Part shown: piece after piece, positions 63,262 through 64,000 of the stretch | Layout: each line of letters starts with the position of its first letter | Position numbering within the stretch: the stretch's first letter is position 1 | NCBI GenBank assembly: GCA_038087875.1 | Contig: CM075997.1 | Coordinates: 2,110,001-2,174,000 of the forward strand | Origin: Malacoraja senta | Taxonomy: Eukaryota | Length of the DNA stretch: 64,000 nucleotides | Direction of reading: 5' to 3' | The notes under the pieces: generated by a model | Database searches by the model: none | What the model was told of the DNA's origin: nothing | Seen by the model: the letters and a program-made list of their open reading frames with translations, nothing else | Translations under genes and position numbers: made by a program

Positions 63262-64000
63262 CTGAGGGGCAACTTTTTCCACACAGAGGGTGGTGGGTAT
63301 GTGGAAAATCACTTTGTTGACAGACAAAGTGATTGATACAGGTACAATAACAATATTTAGAAGGTATTTGGACAGGTGCATAGACAGGGAAAGGTTGAGA
63401 AGGACATAGGTCTAATGCGGTCCAATGGGACTAGTGTACATGTGTATCTTGGTCGGCAGGGATGAGTTAAGATGAAGGGCATGTCTCTATGCTGTATCAC
63501 TAAGAATGTTGGCAGAGTGTGGAGGTTGGGCTATATTTGGAGCTCTGCATCCAGTTCAGGGCACCACAGGAAGAATAAATCAGCTTTCAAGTGCTTCTGG
63601 AAATCCTGAGGTAACGAAAAAGAAAATGAAAATGAACATCAATCTCTCTCGCCCTTTCACAACTCTGTTAGGGATGGGATTATCAATAACCTAATTTGGG
63701 CAACCTGGTTCTGCAGCGGGTAGTGCTGTTGCCTCACAGCTCCAGCGACCCTGTTTCAATCCAAGCTTCCGATGCTGTTTGCGTGGAGTTTGCACGATCC
63801 CCTTGGCTGTTCCAATTTTCTCCCACATCCATAGTTTAGTTTAGTTTAACATAGTTTAGAGATACAGCGCGGAAACAGGCCCTTTGGCCCACCTAATCCG
63901 CGCTGACTGGCGAACCCCGCACATTAACACGATCCTACACACACTAGTGACGAGTTACAATTTTACCAAGACAATTAGCCTGCAAACGTGTACGTCTTTC

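Overview
This is vertebrate genomic DNA, most likely from a cartilaginous fish such as a skate or ray (inferred from HE1-like tRNA SINEs that share a 3' tail with CR1 LINEs). (1) 4730-38643 (+): WDR62. I traced 30 phase-consistent GT-AG coding exons (4791 nt, 1596 aa plus stop); the first coding exon was not found and is presumably upstream of the window. (2) 42690-45521 (+): a young, internally deleted Ty3/Gypsy LTR retrotransposon. (3) 47746-58127 (-): a small four-exon gene that the ORF track does not show as a gene. It encodes a 78-aa Lys-rich protein with a poly-Ser tract, resembles IMUP/C19orf33 in architecture, and has a TATA-like box, Inr and polyA signals. A probable terminal exon of a second, similar gene lies at 60219-60329. 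The rest is dense repeat DNA: CR1 and Rex1/Babar LINE fragments, SINEs, many Penelope-derived hairpin elements carrying minimal hammerhead-ribozyme cores, non-autonomous hAT-like and Harbinger-like DNA elements (some with unusual TSD lengths), and nested insertions. Everything was read by eye with no database searches, so family assignments are from recall and repeat boundaries without a TSD are approximate.
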